This document shows, piece by piece, positions 22,390-35,217 of a stretch of DNA of 64,000 bases. Both the position numbers and the translations under genes were made by a program. The notes beneath the pieces were generated by a model, which was not told where the DNA came from, made no database searches, and was given only the letters and a program-made list of their open reading frames with translations. Positions within the stretch are counted from its first letter, which is position 1. Each line of letters opens with the position of its first letter. This DNA comes from Utricularia gibba (Eukaryota; Plantae; Magnoliophyta), in assembly GCA_002189035.1 (NCBI GenBank), contig NEEC01000013.1, forward strand, positions 1,612,001-1,676,000. The letters are read 5' to 3'.

Positions 22390-25343
22390 ATGCAAAACAC
22401 AACCCTAGATTCGTCGGATGGAGGGCTTACCGACCGACCCTGTGCACAGCGACGCCGCCCCATTCGCAGCCGTACCTGTGATGCGCTATTCAGGCTTCTT
22501 TCGCATTGTCGCTCTAATCTTGACCAGGTGCAATGTCAAGGTATGGTTTGGTTACTTCTCCATTGATAGAGTTGCTAAAAGTGTGGTTTTTATGATGATC
22601 AAGTGAGTAGACTGTAATGTTGATTTTAATTGTGAATAATTGGATTTATTTTTCAATTGAAGAAGGTGATGGTAATGATGCCGTGTTGCAACTGGGCAGC
22701 CGGGAGAAGGAATCGGTCGTTGTTGATGTTCTCGATGCAGGATGTTCTCTGGAAAGGTCTGCAGATTTAAGGGAGGCTGCTGGGGAATTAGTTCAGGCGG
22801 CGAGCACTGGTAAGAATTATGGGATTGGGAATTTTCGGGAGCTTAGTTTGGAGGGCAATGAAGCGGTGTTACCAGTTTCGGATCATGTGAACCTGCTAAA
22901 TGGCAATACATGTGAGGCTGCGCCGAAAAAAGCAGGTGAATTGGAGATACTGGTTGAGACCCTGACCAGAGATTGCGATCCTGAGACTCTCAAGTCTGAT
23001 GAAAATGCGTGCAGTATCCTTGATGTTCAGATGGATGAGTCTGGCACATTTCCAGCGGGCGATAACATGTTTATTGATGACTTTCCTGAAGTTCTTCGCA
23101 CTTTTATGGATATGGATGTGGTTGTCGAACCTTCAAACGGAGGAATCGAGGCTAATGGGGCAGGATCCGTGGCAGAGAACATACATTGTGACTATGAGCA
23201 GAAACTGAACATGAAGGAGAAAGAACTGGAGAAGCTCATGTGCATTTCAAGTGGGCCAGCATCTTCAAGTCACCCAAATTCTAATGTAGAAATTGAAGAA
23301 GGTGAAATATCAGGGGATATTGGGGATGGGAATTCACCAACTGGTTCATTATCTGAAGACGTGATTTTGGAAGGGGAGAGGCCTGGACACAATTTACCTT
23401 CTTCAGTGGATTATTTCGATGAAGTAAATGGCATGTGTAATGATCAAGCGGTAGGACATAGCAAACATGGCCTACTGGACGATCAAGAGGGTGTTGATGG
23501 TAAGAATGCAAATGTCAGAAGTGGTTCAGAGCAGAAGGAATATCCCTCTTTGATTGCCTCGAGTAATACTACCGAGGACATACAAGTAAGTTGTTATACA
23601 TCGCCACCTTCAAAAAAATCCAACTCTATCAAGAATATTCATGCTTGAAACATGCCACAAAATTTTTATACTGTGAACTGAAATTTAACTGCATATCATA
23701 CCTGCCTAACTGTTGAATGTGATTTGAAATTTTCAAAGGATGGCGATGCTAGAAAAAAGAAAAGAAAGCGTCCTTCTTTGGAGCAAAAGGCCAGGAAGAA
23801 GGTATGCCTTGTACGAAAGGACATGCCCCAAAACTGGGAAAACATACATAGAGGAATCCCAGCAGTATTACTTTAATTTTATTTTAATTATTTCACATAT
23901 TAAGTTTTGTATTCTTAATCATCAGAAAAAAGAAAGAATGAAAAGAGCACAAAAGAATAGGGAGTCTGGCGTTAAAAGATTGAAGTTGCTGCCAGTCATG
24001 AAGACAAAGGCAAAAGAAATTTGCCGTCACTATCAGAAAGGAAGATGCTCTGAGGTTATTTGAAACTCTTCATTGCTATATTGTGATTATTTAAATCTCT
24101 TTTCTATCGCTTCTGATGGTTCCCAGCACTGCATTTGATACCTCTCACGTGCTTTTACAGGGAGACAAGTGCAACTTCTCACATGACACCGTTCCTTTGA
24201 CCAAATCCAAGGTATGTTTAAACCATTTATTCATTTTAATGTAATATGTTGGATACATTTGCGGTGCCCCAGAAGGAAAACAATTTTTTTTATCCTTCAA
24301 TTTTTTTCTTTTTATGATCTTGCAGCCATGCTGTCATTTTGCTCGCAACTCTTGCATGAAAGGAGATGACTGTCCGTATGATCATGAGTTATCAAAGTAC
24401 CCATGCACAAATTATGCCACCAACGGTTTCTGCAGCAGAGGGGCCAACTGTTTATTTTCACATCAGGTAACACCTTGTATTTTTAACATTTTGTTTACCT
24501 TCCCTTCCTACCCGTTTGGTTGATCATTCGAATGGCTACTGATCATTTGCACATGTTTTGGCAACTTGTTTTTTAGAGTTCACTCCTGGCACCAGCAGTT
24601 GCCTCCCCTGAGTTGTCTGTTCCTCAAAAGTCGGCATTGGAGAAGGGGGATCCTCTATTATGTCAAACATTTCGGGCAAGAAAACTGATGGTAGCACTTC
24701 ATTTCATCAGAAATCTGCTGATGCGAAGGCTCCCCTCAGTACTCCTCCAAAGCTCTTATCGGCTACACCTCCGAAGGTGCCTTCCGGGGTTAGCTACCTT
24801 CGTAACAATGAGCTATTTTCCGGGGACAGACACAAGTTCAGACAAAATGGACTTCCTTTACGACCTAGTGATGCTCTTGGTTCCAGTGGCAAAACGGTCA
24901 CCGAGAATGCAATCAGCACCGTGGACAAGCTGGCTGAGACACACGTGAAGGTAGTTCCAAGGTTACCAAGGGGAATCAATTTCCTCTCCTTCACCAAGAA
25001 TTCTACCGACAATTTGAATCCTAAGGTACTCTCCAGCATGCTTCCTAGTAGCAATCAAGGAAAGGGAAAATCCGTTGGAACTCCAACTCCATCTTCGGCT
25101 GCAGCTACCCCGACACTACACAGGACTCCTCCAGAAGGTTCAGTGATCAAGCAGGGAAACAGTCCAAAGTCAAATGCAATAGTCCCTTCGAATCAACTTC
25201 CACAGACCATTGCAACTTCAACAGAGCTCCCTAGCACAAGTTTTTGCTCACCAATCTTGATGCAGAGAGCCATCCGTTCGACATTAGCATTCGCCGCAGA
25301 TTTAGAGGCTCCCAGGTCATCTCTTGGTCGCCACACTGGGTAA
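22390..25343 (+). CDS. CCCH zinc finger protein (C3H7/C3H65-like) with an apparent 1-nt frameshift near 24645-24649; exons approx. 22390-22540, 22663-23585, 23739-23801, 23926-24055, 24161-24210, 24326-24467, 24577-25343
   Basis: N-terminal LFRLLSHC motif, EIEEGEISGD, three CCCH fingers (CRHYQKGRCSE|GDKCNFSH; CCHFARNSCMKGDDCPYDH; CTNYATNGFCSRGANCLFSH) and C-terminal PRGINFLSF and RSTLAFAA. The start could instead be 22366. Confidence 0.82.
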
Positions 25344-25879
25344 GAAAGCTTCAGAGGAATTAAGGGGAAGATGGTTGTATGTAAGTAGCCCCAAATGCTC
25401 TCTACAGACCCAACAGTTTGGGAACAAGAGGAGTTCCGGTTGGCAAGTCCTCAGAGGGCGGTTTTGTGGGTCCGTGATGCCAAGTGGCGTCGGCGGGTTG
25501 GCTTCCTCGCTTTGCTTCCTGCTGTAATTATTACAACACGTGGGAGCGAGTCGTCCGTGTCCGCCGTCCAAACCTGGTACCCTTATTTTCCAAAAAGGGG
25601 GAGAATGTGTTTAGTGATTATTTAAATTCTTTTTTTTTTCTGGAGATAATTTAGAGTTTAGTCTTTTTAGGAGGGCGTGGACTGACCCTTTGGGGTTCGG
25701 AAAGGCCTCGCTCGTCTCTCTCATGTCTCATATATCTCCACGTGTGCAGCCACGTCGCTCACAGATGGGCAGTGTGGCTTCACAGGCACCGTGCATCCCT
25801 CCTCAGTCTTCCCCACCCCGTGCCACTATACATATCCTTCTCTTTACCCAACTTGCAGACGCAGAAACCTTGAAGGGGG

Positions 25880-27143
25880 ATGGCAGGAGTGGGGGGAGCC
25901 TTCTGTGTGAAGCCTGAGTTCCTTGAAGAAGACGGCCGTGGGGCAGAAGGTGGAGGTGGTACCTGCGAGCGGCGGAGGCAGATGTGGTCCACGTTTTCGA
26001 TTGATGGACTGAAAGACAATGAGACGCTGCTGCAGCCGCCGCCGTTTCTGAAGAAGACGTTTGAGATGGTGGATGATCCCAGAACGGATTCGATTATATC
26101 GTGGAGTTCGTCGAAGACGAGCTTCGTTGTTTGGGATCCTCACGCGTTTTCTTCTGAGTTGCTGCCTAGATACTTCAAGCACAACAACTTCTCCAGCTTT
26201 GTTCGCCAGCTGAATACCTACGTAAGATTCCTGTCTACTGTTTTCCTGGGTTTTCAGTTGGGTTCACCTTCGTTGATTTTGGTGAAAGAATACTATCCCT
26301 GTGTTTATTCATGGTTTGTTCTTGATTTTTATGTCGGCACTTTTGCTGCTTCTTTGATGACAGGGGTTCAGGAAGATTGATTCAGAGAGATGGCAATTTT
26401 CCAATGAAGGCTTCCAGCAGGGGAAGAAACACTTGCTCAAGTATATCAAAAGAAGAAAGCAAAGCTCCCTGATTATGATGCAGCAGGGTGCTTCCAGGTC
26501 ATGGTTAGATTCCTCGAAACACGGAGTTGATGCAGAACTTGAAAAGTTGAGAATGGATCGTATTGCCTTACAGACAGAAGTTTTTAAGCTGAAGCAGAAC
26601 CAGGAAGCGATGCAGCACTGTGTGACGGGTATTGCGAAGCGTCTCCAGGAAACGGAAATGAAACAGAATCATATCCTTTTATTCATGATCAAGTACCTGA
26701 AAAATCCTTTGTTCTTACAAAGCTGGTTGGAAAAGAAGAGACCCGTCATGGATGGTGGAGGAATGACTAAGAAGAGAAGACTAGAAAGCTCATATGTGAG
26801 TGAACCAATGAAGCCTGATGATGACAACAGGCCTGGGGTTCAGGATCTGGCTACCATCCCATCAGAAACACACACGCTTTTCTCTTCATCCGACGAGCAG
26901 AATGGCGAGAATTCTTCAGAGATCACTAGTTTGGACTCTTGCTCGGAGAACTTCTTGTTGTGGGAGAAGCTGGTGGAAGATGGAATGATATTTGGCGAAG
27001 AAAGAGCAACAGCAGCAGACTCAGCCCAGCCAACTAATCCCTTTTCTGAGTTTGAGAAGCTTGATCCCTTGTGGGGTGATGAATATGGCAGTTCTTATGG
27101 AACCAACTTCTGGTCATCCAGCATCCATACCTTGGGATCATAG
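25880..27143 (+). CDS. Class A heat stress transcription factor (A2/A9-like); exons 25880-26221, 26364-27143
   Basis: HSF DNA-binding domain [31 protein letters not shown]|GFRKID with the conserved intron, an HR-A/B coiled coil, NLS KKRRL and an AHA-like [11 protein letters not shown]. Confidence 0.9.
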
Positions 27144-27495
27144 CTTTTTTGGGGCATTTTCCTTCCAAGAAAACTAGTTTGCTTGTCTGGTAGTGTTATT
27201 GTACAGATCAGATAGGTTTTTTGTTTGCTTCAGTTCCTGCAGTGCATCAATGTTCCCTCCCAGGCCCCAACCCAGAAGGAAAAACTGATATGGTCTGTGG
27301 ATCCACTGGATTGGGGTGAAATTGCAACCAAATAGCCGGGCCCTTAAAAATGTGCCCTAATCACTTCGATCAAACGACATCGTACTCGTTGGACGGCGAA
27401 TTGTGCCGTTTACTAACGGCGTAAGGGTATAACCGCGAGTTCTTGACTAACGGCGTCTATCTTGTTTTTCCAACTTTTTAAGTTCCGTTTCTCCT

Positions 27496-29063
27496 ATGGA
27501 AGGGTTTGCACATTCCCGCGCACTCACTTTCTTCAGCCGTAGCGCCTTTGTGACATTGAGGATGGAATCTGAGCAACCTGGTTCCGGGATTTCGGTTCTG
27601 AACCTGGATTTATGTTTTAGCCGTCTCCTGTTTGCGAATTCGATGCTGCGGCGGTGAAGGTTCAGAAGGTGTATTAGAGCTACAGAACGCGAAGAGGCAT
27701 TGCGGATTTTTGTTGTTGTTATGGTTCGTTTTTATTGTGCGGATTTGGATAAGAGTGAAATAATTTTTTGCAGGCGGAAGGCCTTGGATTTTGCTAATTT
27801 GAAGAAAAGTTCCGTTTCCTTCTTCGTGAGAAGCAAGAGACCGCAGTTTCACATACTAGACCAGCAAACGCAAAAAAAACATAATGTTTTGTTGTCTGAA
27901 TTCTCTGAAGAGCTTCACTTGTTGAGTTGACGATTAATTAGCTTGAGGTTCAGCTCTTAAGAGCTTGGAAAGGGGCTATACAAGGATTATAAGGGGCAAA
28001 AATTGGTTCATCAACATTGGCTTGAAGCAGCAAAAGTTCTGGATCGGGCCAATTTTGCTTGTGTTTAGGTTCATGATCACGAGCTTCATTCTCCATAGAT
28101 AGATCCACATCATCGGTATGGGCACAATTTGCATTTCTACTGTTACATATGGTTCAAAAGTGAAAGTTCACAGCCCTTCTTTTAATGGTTAGCTTTGATT
28201 CTTAAGCTGCCTTTCTCTGAAACATAGTCTTCCGTGTGGCAAGATATATGCTTTTATGTAGGCTGGTTGTTGGGAGGTGGAAAAGAAGTGAGAAAGTGTT
28301 AAAGGTAAAACTTGCGACGTCCATGCATCAAGTAGTTGGGACCTTAGATATCTATTTGTTTTGAGCTCTATCTGCAACCTGGTGATCGAAACCAATGCAT
28401 CTTTTTTGAACAGAAAGCACGACAAGCGAAGGAGGTTGTAGATGAAAATGGAAAGCTCATTTTCAGACAGAGCAGGCAGTTGATCAATAGAGATGAAGGT
28501 TCAAAATGGATATTCGTTCTCGGCACAACCAAAACCCTGTATATTGGACACGGGAGGAAGGGTCTCTTCCAGCATTCCAGTTTCTAACCTGGAGCAACCA
28601 TAACTGCAGCTGGAAGATTGGTTGCTCAACATGGACTTGTCCAGGTTTTTGCCTTCTATGCAACACTGATGGAACTTGTTCCTTCGCGTTTGCTCAAGTA
28701 CAAACTCTTTGAGAACTTTGCAGCAGTCTCTCAGCAGGCAGTATAGCTTCACAGTGGCCACTATCAAGTACAAATTCTTTGAGAAATTTGCTGTCGCTAT
28801 CTACAGAAATCACTCGCTGTCGCCATTTTTTGCTTTTCATCAAGCAATAATCTTGATGAACTAGGACAAGCTACTATCAGTTCTGGACAACCATAGCTGC
28901 ATGACAGTAAACCTATGCACAAATGGAGCCGCGGTGAGTTAGACAGCACTCTCTGGAGCTACATTTCCCAGCTTTTGGAACATGTCATCCCAAAGAGCTA
29001 ACGCACCTCCATTTCCAGTCTCTCCAAGACTTGTTCATATGATTCCCAGATGCATTGAAGCTT
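27496..29063 (+). pseudogene. IQ-motif containing IQM-family pseudogene
   Basis: Fragments AAVKVQKVY*SYRTRR, KALDFANLKKSSVSFF, QHWLEA|IDPHHRYGHNLH, SQPFF*W, GSKWIFVL, FQHSSF*PGA..AAGRLVA, SGHY and SPRLVHM. Nonsense codons at 27675, 28183, 28585 and others, plus frameshifts. Confidence 0.88.
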
Positions 29064-29419
29064 AAGGCTTGAAGTTCTGGTTGCCGGAGGCGGCAACAAC
29101 GGAAGAAATAGCAACAGAACTATACCCTTTGCACAAAATCTTTTTCAAGGTTAGTTTTTTATTCCCATCAGAATCTAAAATCATTTTTTTAAGTATAATC
29201 ATGCTTTTTTCCCTCCCAAAACCCACAAACCCGATCATCCACCACATATTATTTTTCGCAGGAATCAAACAGAATTCCCCAGCAGATTTTCTTAGAAGGA
29301 ACATGAGTTTCAGTAAAAGAGAAGCAGGTCACTACGGTGACCATCAGTCCAGAGATGGAAATTGGAATGAATCGACACAAGCAATCGAATCAAATCGACC
29401 CAAAACCCAAACTTGCCCT

Positions 29420-29791
29420 TCACCTACGGCCGTAAACAACCTGGGAGTAAGCTTCCTTGATCCATCGGAGACTGTTCTTCAGCGATCGCTTCACATTACC
29501 TTCAACAGTGTAGGCTTTATACGATGCGACTCTCTTCTTCCTCTGAATCTCAGGATCAATGAATCCCCAGTTCCTCGAACTCGCCCCGTTGGTCGACCTC
29601 CCCTTCTTCAATTCCCAAGGCTGCGGCACCGCCACAATATCCAGTTGCTGCCCCGACGAAGCGTATGAGGTGCTGTAGCAACGTAGATCCTGAACCCTGC
29701 TCGGGTTCGCGCTGGGGAAATCCGCCACTGAAGACGAATTCTCAAGGTGGAAGCCGAATTTGTTGTACGACTGGGATCGGAATCGCTCCAT
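29420..29791 (-). CDS. DUF3511 family small protein (123 aa)
   Basis: MERFRSQSY start, QDLRCYSTSYAS and C-terminal WGFIDPEIQRKKRVASYKAYTVEGNVKRSLKNSLRWIK. Confidence 0.9.
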   Translation of the reverse strand: MERFRSQSYNKFGFHLENSSSVADFPSANPSRVQDLRCYSTSYASSGQQLDIVAVPQPWELKKGRSTNGASSRNWGFIDPEIQRKKRVASYKAYTVEGNVKRSLKNSLRWIKEAYSQVVYGRR

Positions 29792-30739
29792 CTCTGCCTC
29801 TTCTGCGGCGGAAGAGCTCTGAATTTAACGGGCAATCCCTTTGACTCCCTCCTCCGCCTGCCTGCTTCGTTGGAACACAACGACGCGGTTGGAGTTCCCG
29901 TCGGCTATCTTTGTTGACTTGTAGTGATAGGCGTCCTTCCTTCCTAACAGCAATTATCGTAATTCATTTTAATTAAAAAAACAAGAAAAATAAAATAAAA
30001 AACAATAACGATATTCAATGTTGACCAATCAGACAATCCCGAGTTTGACTGTTCAGTTGAAATATCTCCACCCTCCACGCCTACCAATTTCCTTTTAAAT
30101 GTGAAAAAGAAGCATAATTAATACTAATGTTTTTGCCTTTATGTACGGAAGACGACGTGTAATATGCTTACTTTCCAAAAGTAGCCCTTTATTATCCGAT
30201 CATTACATATCATGAATCTTTGCCTTTTCTGACCAATTCTTGTCTTTATTTTATTTTTTTGAACTGCATTTTTTTTAATTATTACAATTTTTTTGGGAAA
30301 AATATAATTAGGTCATTAAATGGTTCACCACCCTAAATTTAAAATTGTGTGCTACCCATTCCGGGTGTTGGCCACGAGTTGAACAAAGGAGGCCCCCTAC
30401 TCGTGCTTACTTATGGTGTGACCGGCGCATGCCGCGGGGCCCACCACGTGCGTACGAAGACCTCCGGCAGCCGCGGCACCAACCGGCGATCGGAGTGGGT
30501 TCCAACGGCATGGGTTGAGAAGGAGGAAGAGCATTGGGCACCGGGCCTCCGGCCCAGATCAAAGCACAAAATTTGATGGGCTTTGACGTCCATGGGTTGC
30601 CTACCGGAGCTTCGGCCCGATCGGTAGACGATGAAGGGAAGGTTTAAGGTTTCTCCTGTTCAAATCCACACCGTCAGATGATCTGCACGGTGGCTTCCAT
30701 GCAATTCTGCAATTGTGGTTTAGAGTTCGTTTCCTAATA

Positions 30740-30960
30740 GTTTTAACTAGTATAATTGAATATGTATATATTAAATTATATATACGATAATAAAAATATG
30801 AATATGTAAATAATATAGATATAATTAATTATTTCTTTATTTGTGTATATTGTTCATATGTTCAAAAAATGAATACATAAATGTTATATATACTAATCAA
30901 TCAAACAGTGATTTATGTGTAAATTTGGATATAAATCTTGTATATTATACTATCAAACAT
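30740..30960 (-). mobile_element. AT-rich MITE-like repeat copy (same family as 42865-43160)
   Basis: The reverse complement of 30905-30958 (GTTTGATAGTATAATATACAAGATTTATATCCAAATTTACA) is nearly identical to 42870-42911. Confidence 0.55.
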
Positions 30961-31661
30961 TTTATTACAAGACTCGGATTTTGTTTGGTTATAAAATCAT
31001 TTTTTTATTCTAAATATTTTTATAGAATTTTTTTCCAAAAATATAATTATTGATAAGTGGTTTGGTAGTTTTCGCTTTGGGCATTTGTGAGAATGACAAC
31101 ACATTCTGAAAACTTGGAATTTCAAATGTCTACGGGGCAAATGGGAAATTTTCTAAAGTTCGTGGGGGAAGTTGAAACTTGACAGTGGGGTTGTCGAAAT
31201 AAAAAAATAGAAATGAAGGGCCCAGGGGCAAATTGCCCATTTCGAACTTCCGAAGCGGTACTCCATTTACGCGTGTAGTTGGGAACTTCGAATTTGAGTT
31301 TGCAGACGGAATCTGACACCGTGCAACGGAGGTTTCGCGGAGGTGGTTCGGTTACCATAGGAACTCTCGTCTCTTGTTGTTCGTCAATTCCAATGTGTTT
31401 GACTTCCTGTAGAATTTTTTTTTATTTTGGTGGGGAGAGAGATGAATTCGAATTCTTGATTTGATCCAACATCATTCCGAATTCTGCGTTTACTTCTCGT
31501 ATCTCATGTCGGCCAGTGATCGGAGTTTTGCAAACCTTTAGATCAACAGGAGTGGGTTGACGGAATTTTCGGTTTTGAAATTGGCTCGGGTGTGATCCGG
31601 GAATGTTAATTGTTCTTTACTTTATGTAGCTTGAAAATTCTTTGATTGCCTTCTCCAGGAG

Positions 31662-34600
31662 ATGATGTCGTACAAGGCAGATGGCGAAAAGAAGCCTGGT
31701 GCAAATGCGAAGCTTTTAAGAGATCTGGAAGCTATAAGCAGGGCTTTTAATCCTGACAAAACGTTGTCGAGGCTGGCTAGTTCAACAGCTAGTAGCCGAT
31801 CCAAGTCGATCGAAAAATCACTTATACCCCAGCAGCGAACAGTGAAGCAAGAGGAGTCTAAGCGGGGCTCTAGAGTTTCAGTTGAAAAGGATAAAAGATC
31901 ATCTATTTGGAGTTGGAGGGGTCTAAAGGCGTTGACACATATCAGAAACTTGCGGTTTAATTGCTGCTTTTCGCTTCTGGTTCATTCCATTGAGGGCTTA
32001 CCATCCTTTTTTAATGATGAATCCCTTTTTGTGCACTGGAAGAGACGAGACGGTAATCGGATGACACATTCTGTTAAGGTTTGTGATGGAGTCGCCAAGT
32101 TTGAGGAACAGTTGACTTTTTCTTGTTCTGTGTACGGCAGTAGGAGCGGTCCACACCATTCGGCCAAGTATGAAGCTAAACATTTCTTGTTGTATGCGTC
32201 TGTAGATGGTTCTCCTGAGCTTGATTTGGGAAAACATCGAATTGATTTAACAAGGCTGCTTCCTCTAACATTGGAAGACTTGGAGGAAGAGAAGGCTTCG
32301 GGAAATTGGACCACCAGTTTCAGGTTATCTGGAAAGGCAAGAGGTGCTATCCTGAGTGTAACTTTTGGTTATGTGGTAATTGATAACAATAGCAGCATTT
32401 GTTCTAGTGAACCCGACTATCTTAAAAATGTTCCTAGGATTCCAAGCTCTCATCAGAATAGAGAAAGCACAGTAACTTTTGACCAGTGGACGAGCTCTCA
32501 AGGAGCTAGTGCGTTACCAAGGTTGTGTATTTCTGACCAGTCTAATGAGGATCTGAATAGCCATGAACGTTTTCCAAACTCCAGGACGGAATTCTTTTAT
32601 TCCACGAATATGCTTCACCAGAAACAGGATGAAGAGACCGCTATTAATGGAGTTGGAAAAGAAGTGGAGGCCAAACATGTATCTTCACTTATGGGACTTC
32701 CAGAAATGAACATCTCCGAACAACAACAAGATGTTGAAGAACATAGTGTTGGCATTTGTGGAAAAGCTGATGCTCCTAAAGTAGATGAAGGGAGAGAAGA
32801 GTTTCTGAAGGGGCTTGTGAAAGGAGAGTTTTTTCCATCAGAGATATCACAAGTACAAAATAGTCTTGAGATTGGAACATCATGTGATTCAAAGATTGAT
32901 GAGATTGCATCTAAGAGTTCCACCTCTCTTCAAGTTGTTGACCAACCCACCGATCAGTCATTAAGTTACCCAGATGGCAAAGAGAAAGAATGGGACACGA
33001 CCTCGGAAGACCAAATAATGGAAGATTTGGAGGCGGCACTTTGGCTTAACTTAGATTTGGAGGAGGAAAGATTAGATTCTCATGATGTAAATGATTATCC
33101 GTATGCTGAAAGGCAGTCAGAGCTTGAATTTGATTATGAAAATTGCACAAATGGAAAATCACATAGCTTGGACGATTTGGATGATTCGGTAGCCAACGAT
33201 TTCTTGGAGATGTTGGGTCTAGATCACAGTCCATCTGGGAATTCTGAAAGTGAACCTGACTCTCCAAGAGAACGCTTGCTCAGGGAATTTGAAAAGGAGG
33301 CCCTTGACAGAGGTCTATTTAACTTTGGGATGGATGATGATCCATCAAAACTCCTTGATGACATCCCATTCGGATCTTGCTGGGGAAGTATGCCCGAGGA
33401 ACTCATTCATTCATCTTTTCTTGATGGCTCCACCGAGAGGCCACATATAGAGTCCGATCTGTTTGACATAAAGACTAGGGGTTCGGAGATGGCACACATG
33501 GAAACTGAAGCTTTGATGCGGGAGTGGGGAATAAATGAGGAGGTTTTTCAAGATTCACCTTCAACCAGTTGCAGTGGCTTTGGCAATTCTACTGAGAAAA
33601 CTTTTGAGGATCCTCCACAACTTCCACCCCTTGTGGATGGTTTGGGCCCTTTTGTTCGAACAAACAATGGTGGATTTATACGCTCGATGAATCCTGCCCT
33701 TTTCAGGAATTCCAAGGTAGGGGGAAGTCTAGTTATGCAGGCATCAAATCCTGTTGTGGTACCTTCAGAGATGGGCTCTAGCATATCAAACATACTCCAA
33801 GGTCTTGCATCTGTAGGGATTGAGAAGTTGTCTATGCAGGCTAAAAAACTAATGCCTCTCGAAGAGATAACTGGTAAAACAGTCCAACAATTTGCATGGG
33901 AAGGCACTCACACTATGGAGGGACCCGAGGGGTAGGCTATTAATATTTAATATTTGCGTGAAAGAATGACCGACTTTTTCATGTTTTCTTGATATTCGTT
34001 TTGGTTCTTTCTCATAAGTCTTTCCTTACTTCAGGCAAGATGTACCGCCTCAGGCCTCTGAGATTTTCCAAGAGACTAAGCAGAAAGGTCTGAAAGGAAA
34101 ATCTTCCACTCCCATACCAAAGGAATTTGATCCGAAACCCCTTAGAAAGGGTAAAAAGGAGTATCCGTCCTTGGAAGAGCTTGCTCCTCTAGCCATGGAT
34201 GAAATTGAAGCTCTTTCGATTGAGGGCTTGAGAATGCAGTGCGGTATGTCAGATGATGAAACATCTCCAAATGTGAGTTCACGGCCTGTTAGCGACCTTT
34301 CAGCATCTCTAGGACATAATGTTGATGTGCATGGATCGGTTGGTTTCCATGGTACTTGTGGAGTGCAATTGATGGATGTCGAAGATAACGGTGAAGATGT
34401 AGATGGATTGATGGCCCTATCTCTAACACTTGATCAATGGATGAGACTTGATTCTGGTGAAATTGATGATGCAGATCTTGCCAATGAGCACACCTCCAGG
34501 GTATTGGCAGCTCATCATGCTACCTCCCTGGACCAGTTTCGTGGGAGGTCAAAAGGGGAGCGGAGATCAGGCAGGAGCAGGAAGTGTGGCTTGTTAGGTA

Positions 34601-35085
34601 ATAACTTCACAATTGCTTTGATGGTACAGCTTCGTGACCCTCTCAGAGATTACGAGGCAGTTGGCTCACCAATGCTTGCTCTCATTCAAGTGGAGAGGCA
34701 GTTTGTTCCTCCTAAACCCAGGATCTACAGCACAGTTTCTGTCCTGAGCAACTCAATAAACGAAACAGAAACACAGGATGGTGCCAAGGACAAAGAGGCT
34801 GTTGAAATTCCAGAACAAGACGGGGTCTCCCAATTTAAGATAACTGAGGTGCAAGTTGCTGGCTTGAAGGTGGATGATGGTAAAAAGTTGTGGGGTTCTA
34901 AGAATCAGCAACAGTCCAGCTCTCGTTGGCTTCTGGCAAATGGAATGGGGAAGAAAACTAACAAGCATCCTCTATTGAAGTCGAAATTAGCTTCTACATC
35001 AGCGGCAGCAAAGCCTGCAAATACCTTGTGGAGCGTCTCTAATTGCATCCACCGGAAGGAGAGACTAGATGGAAGAAAACGCTAG
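31662..35085 (+). CDS. PMIR1: PLASTID MOVEMENT IMPAIRED1-RELATED (NT-C2 protein); exons 31662-33931, 34035-35085; a +1 correction at 35052-35055 extends it to 35216
   Basis: NT-C2 region (FNCCFSLLVHSIEGLP..HHSAKYEAKHFLLYA..LGKHRIDLTRLLP), PDSPRERLLREFEKE, GGFIRSMNPALF, LAPLAMDEIEALSIEGL, LGNNFTIALMVQLRDPLRDYEAVG and RWLLANGMGK. Confidence 0.92.
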
Positions 35086-35217
35086 TCCTGAATCTACATA
35101 TCACTGTGCCTAATGCAGCGGTTTGTTCACTGAAAAATTTACAGGGCGAGCTTACATTGTGTACATCAACGACAGACTATGACTTTATCACCAGATTAAC
35201 TTCCACCATTGAATAAC

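Noticed and set aside
26258-26281. Possible mini-exon inside the HSF intron (known in HsfA2-type genes)
   Set aside because: The upstream sub-intron would be only 36 nt, below normal plant intron size, and the mini-exon has no stop codon.
29069-29668. 199-aa plus-strand ORF
   Set aside because: It is antisense to DUF3511 and its 3' UTR, has a TTG start and has no domain.
30349-30720. GC-rich island with short ORFs
   Set aside because: It is better explained as regulatory DNA (G-box, GGGCCCAC TCP-type site) upstream of DUF3511/PMIR; the ORFs are unrecognisable.
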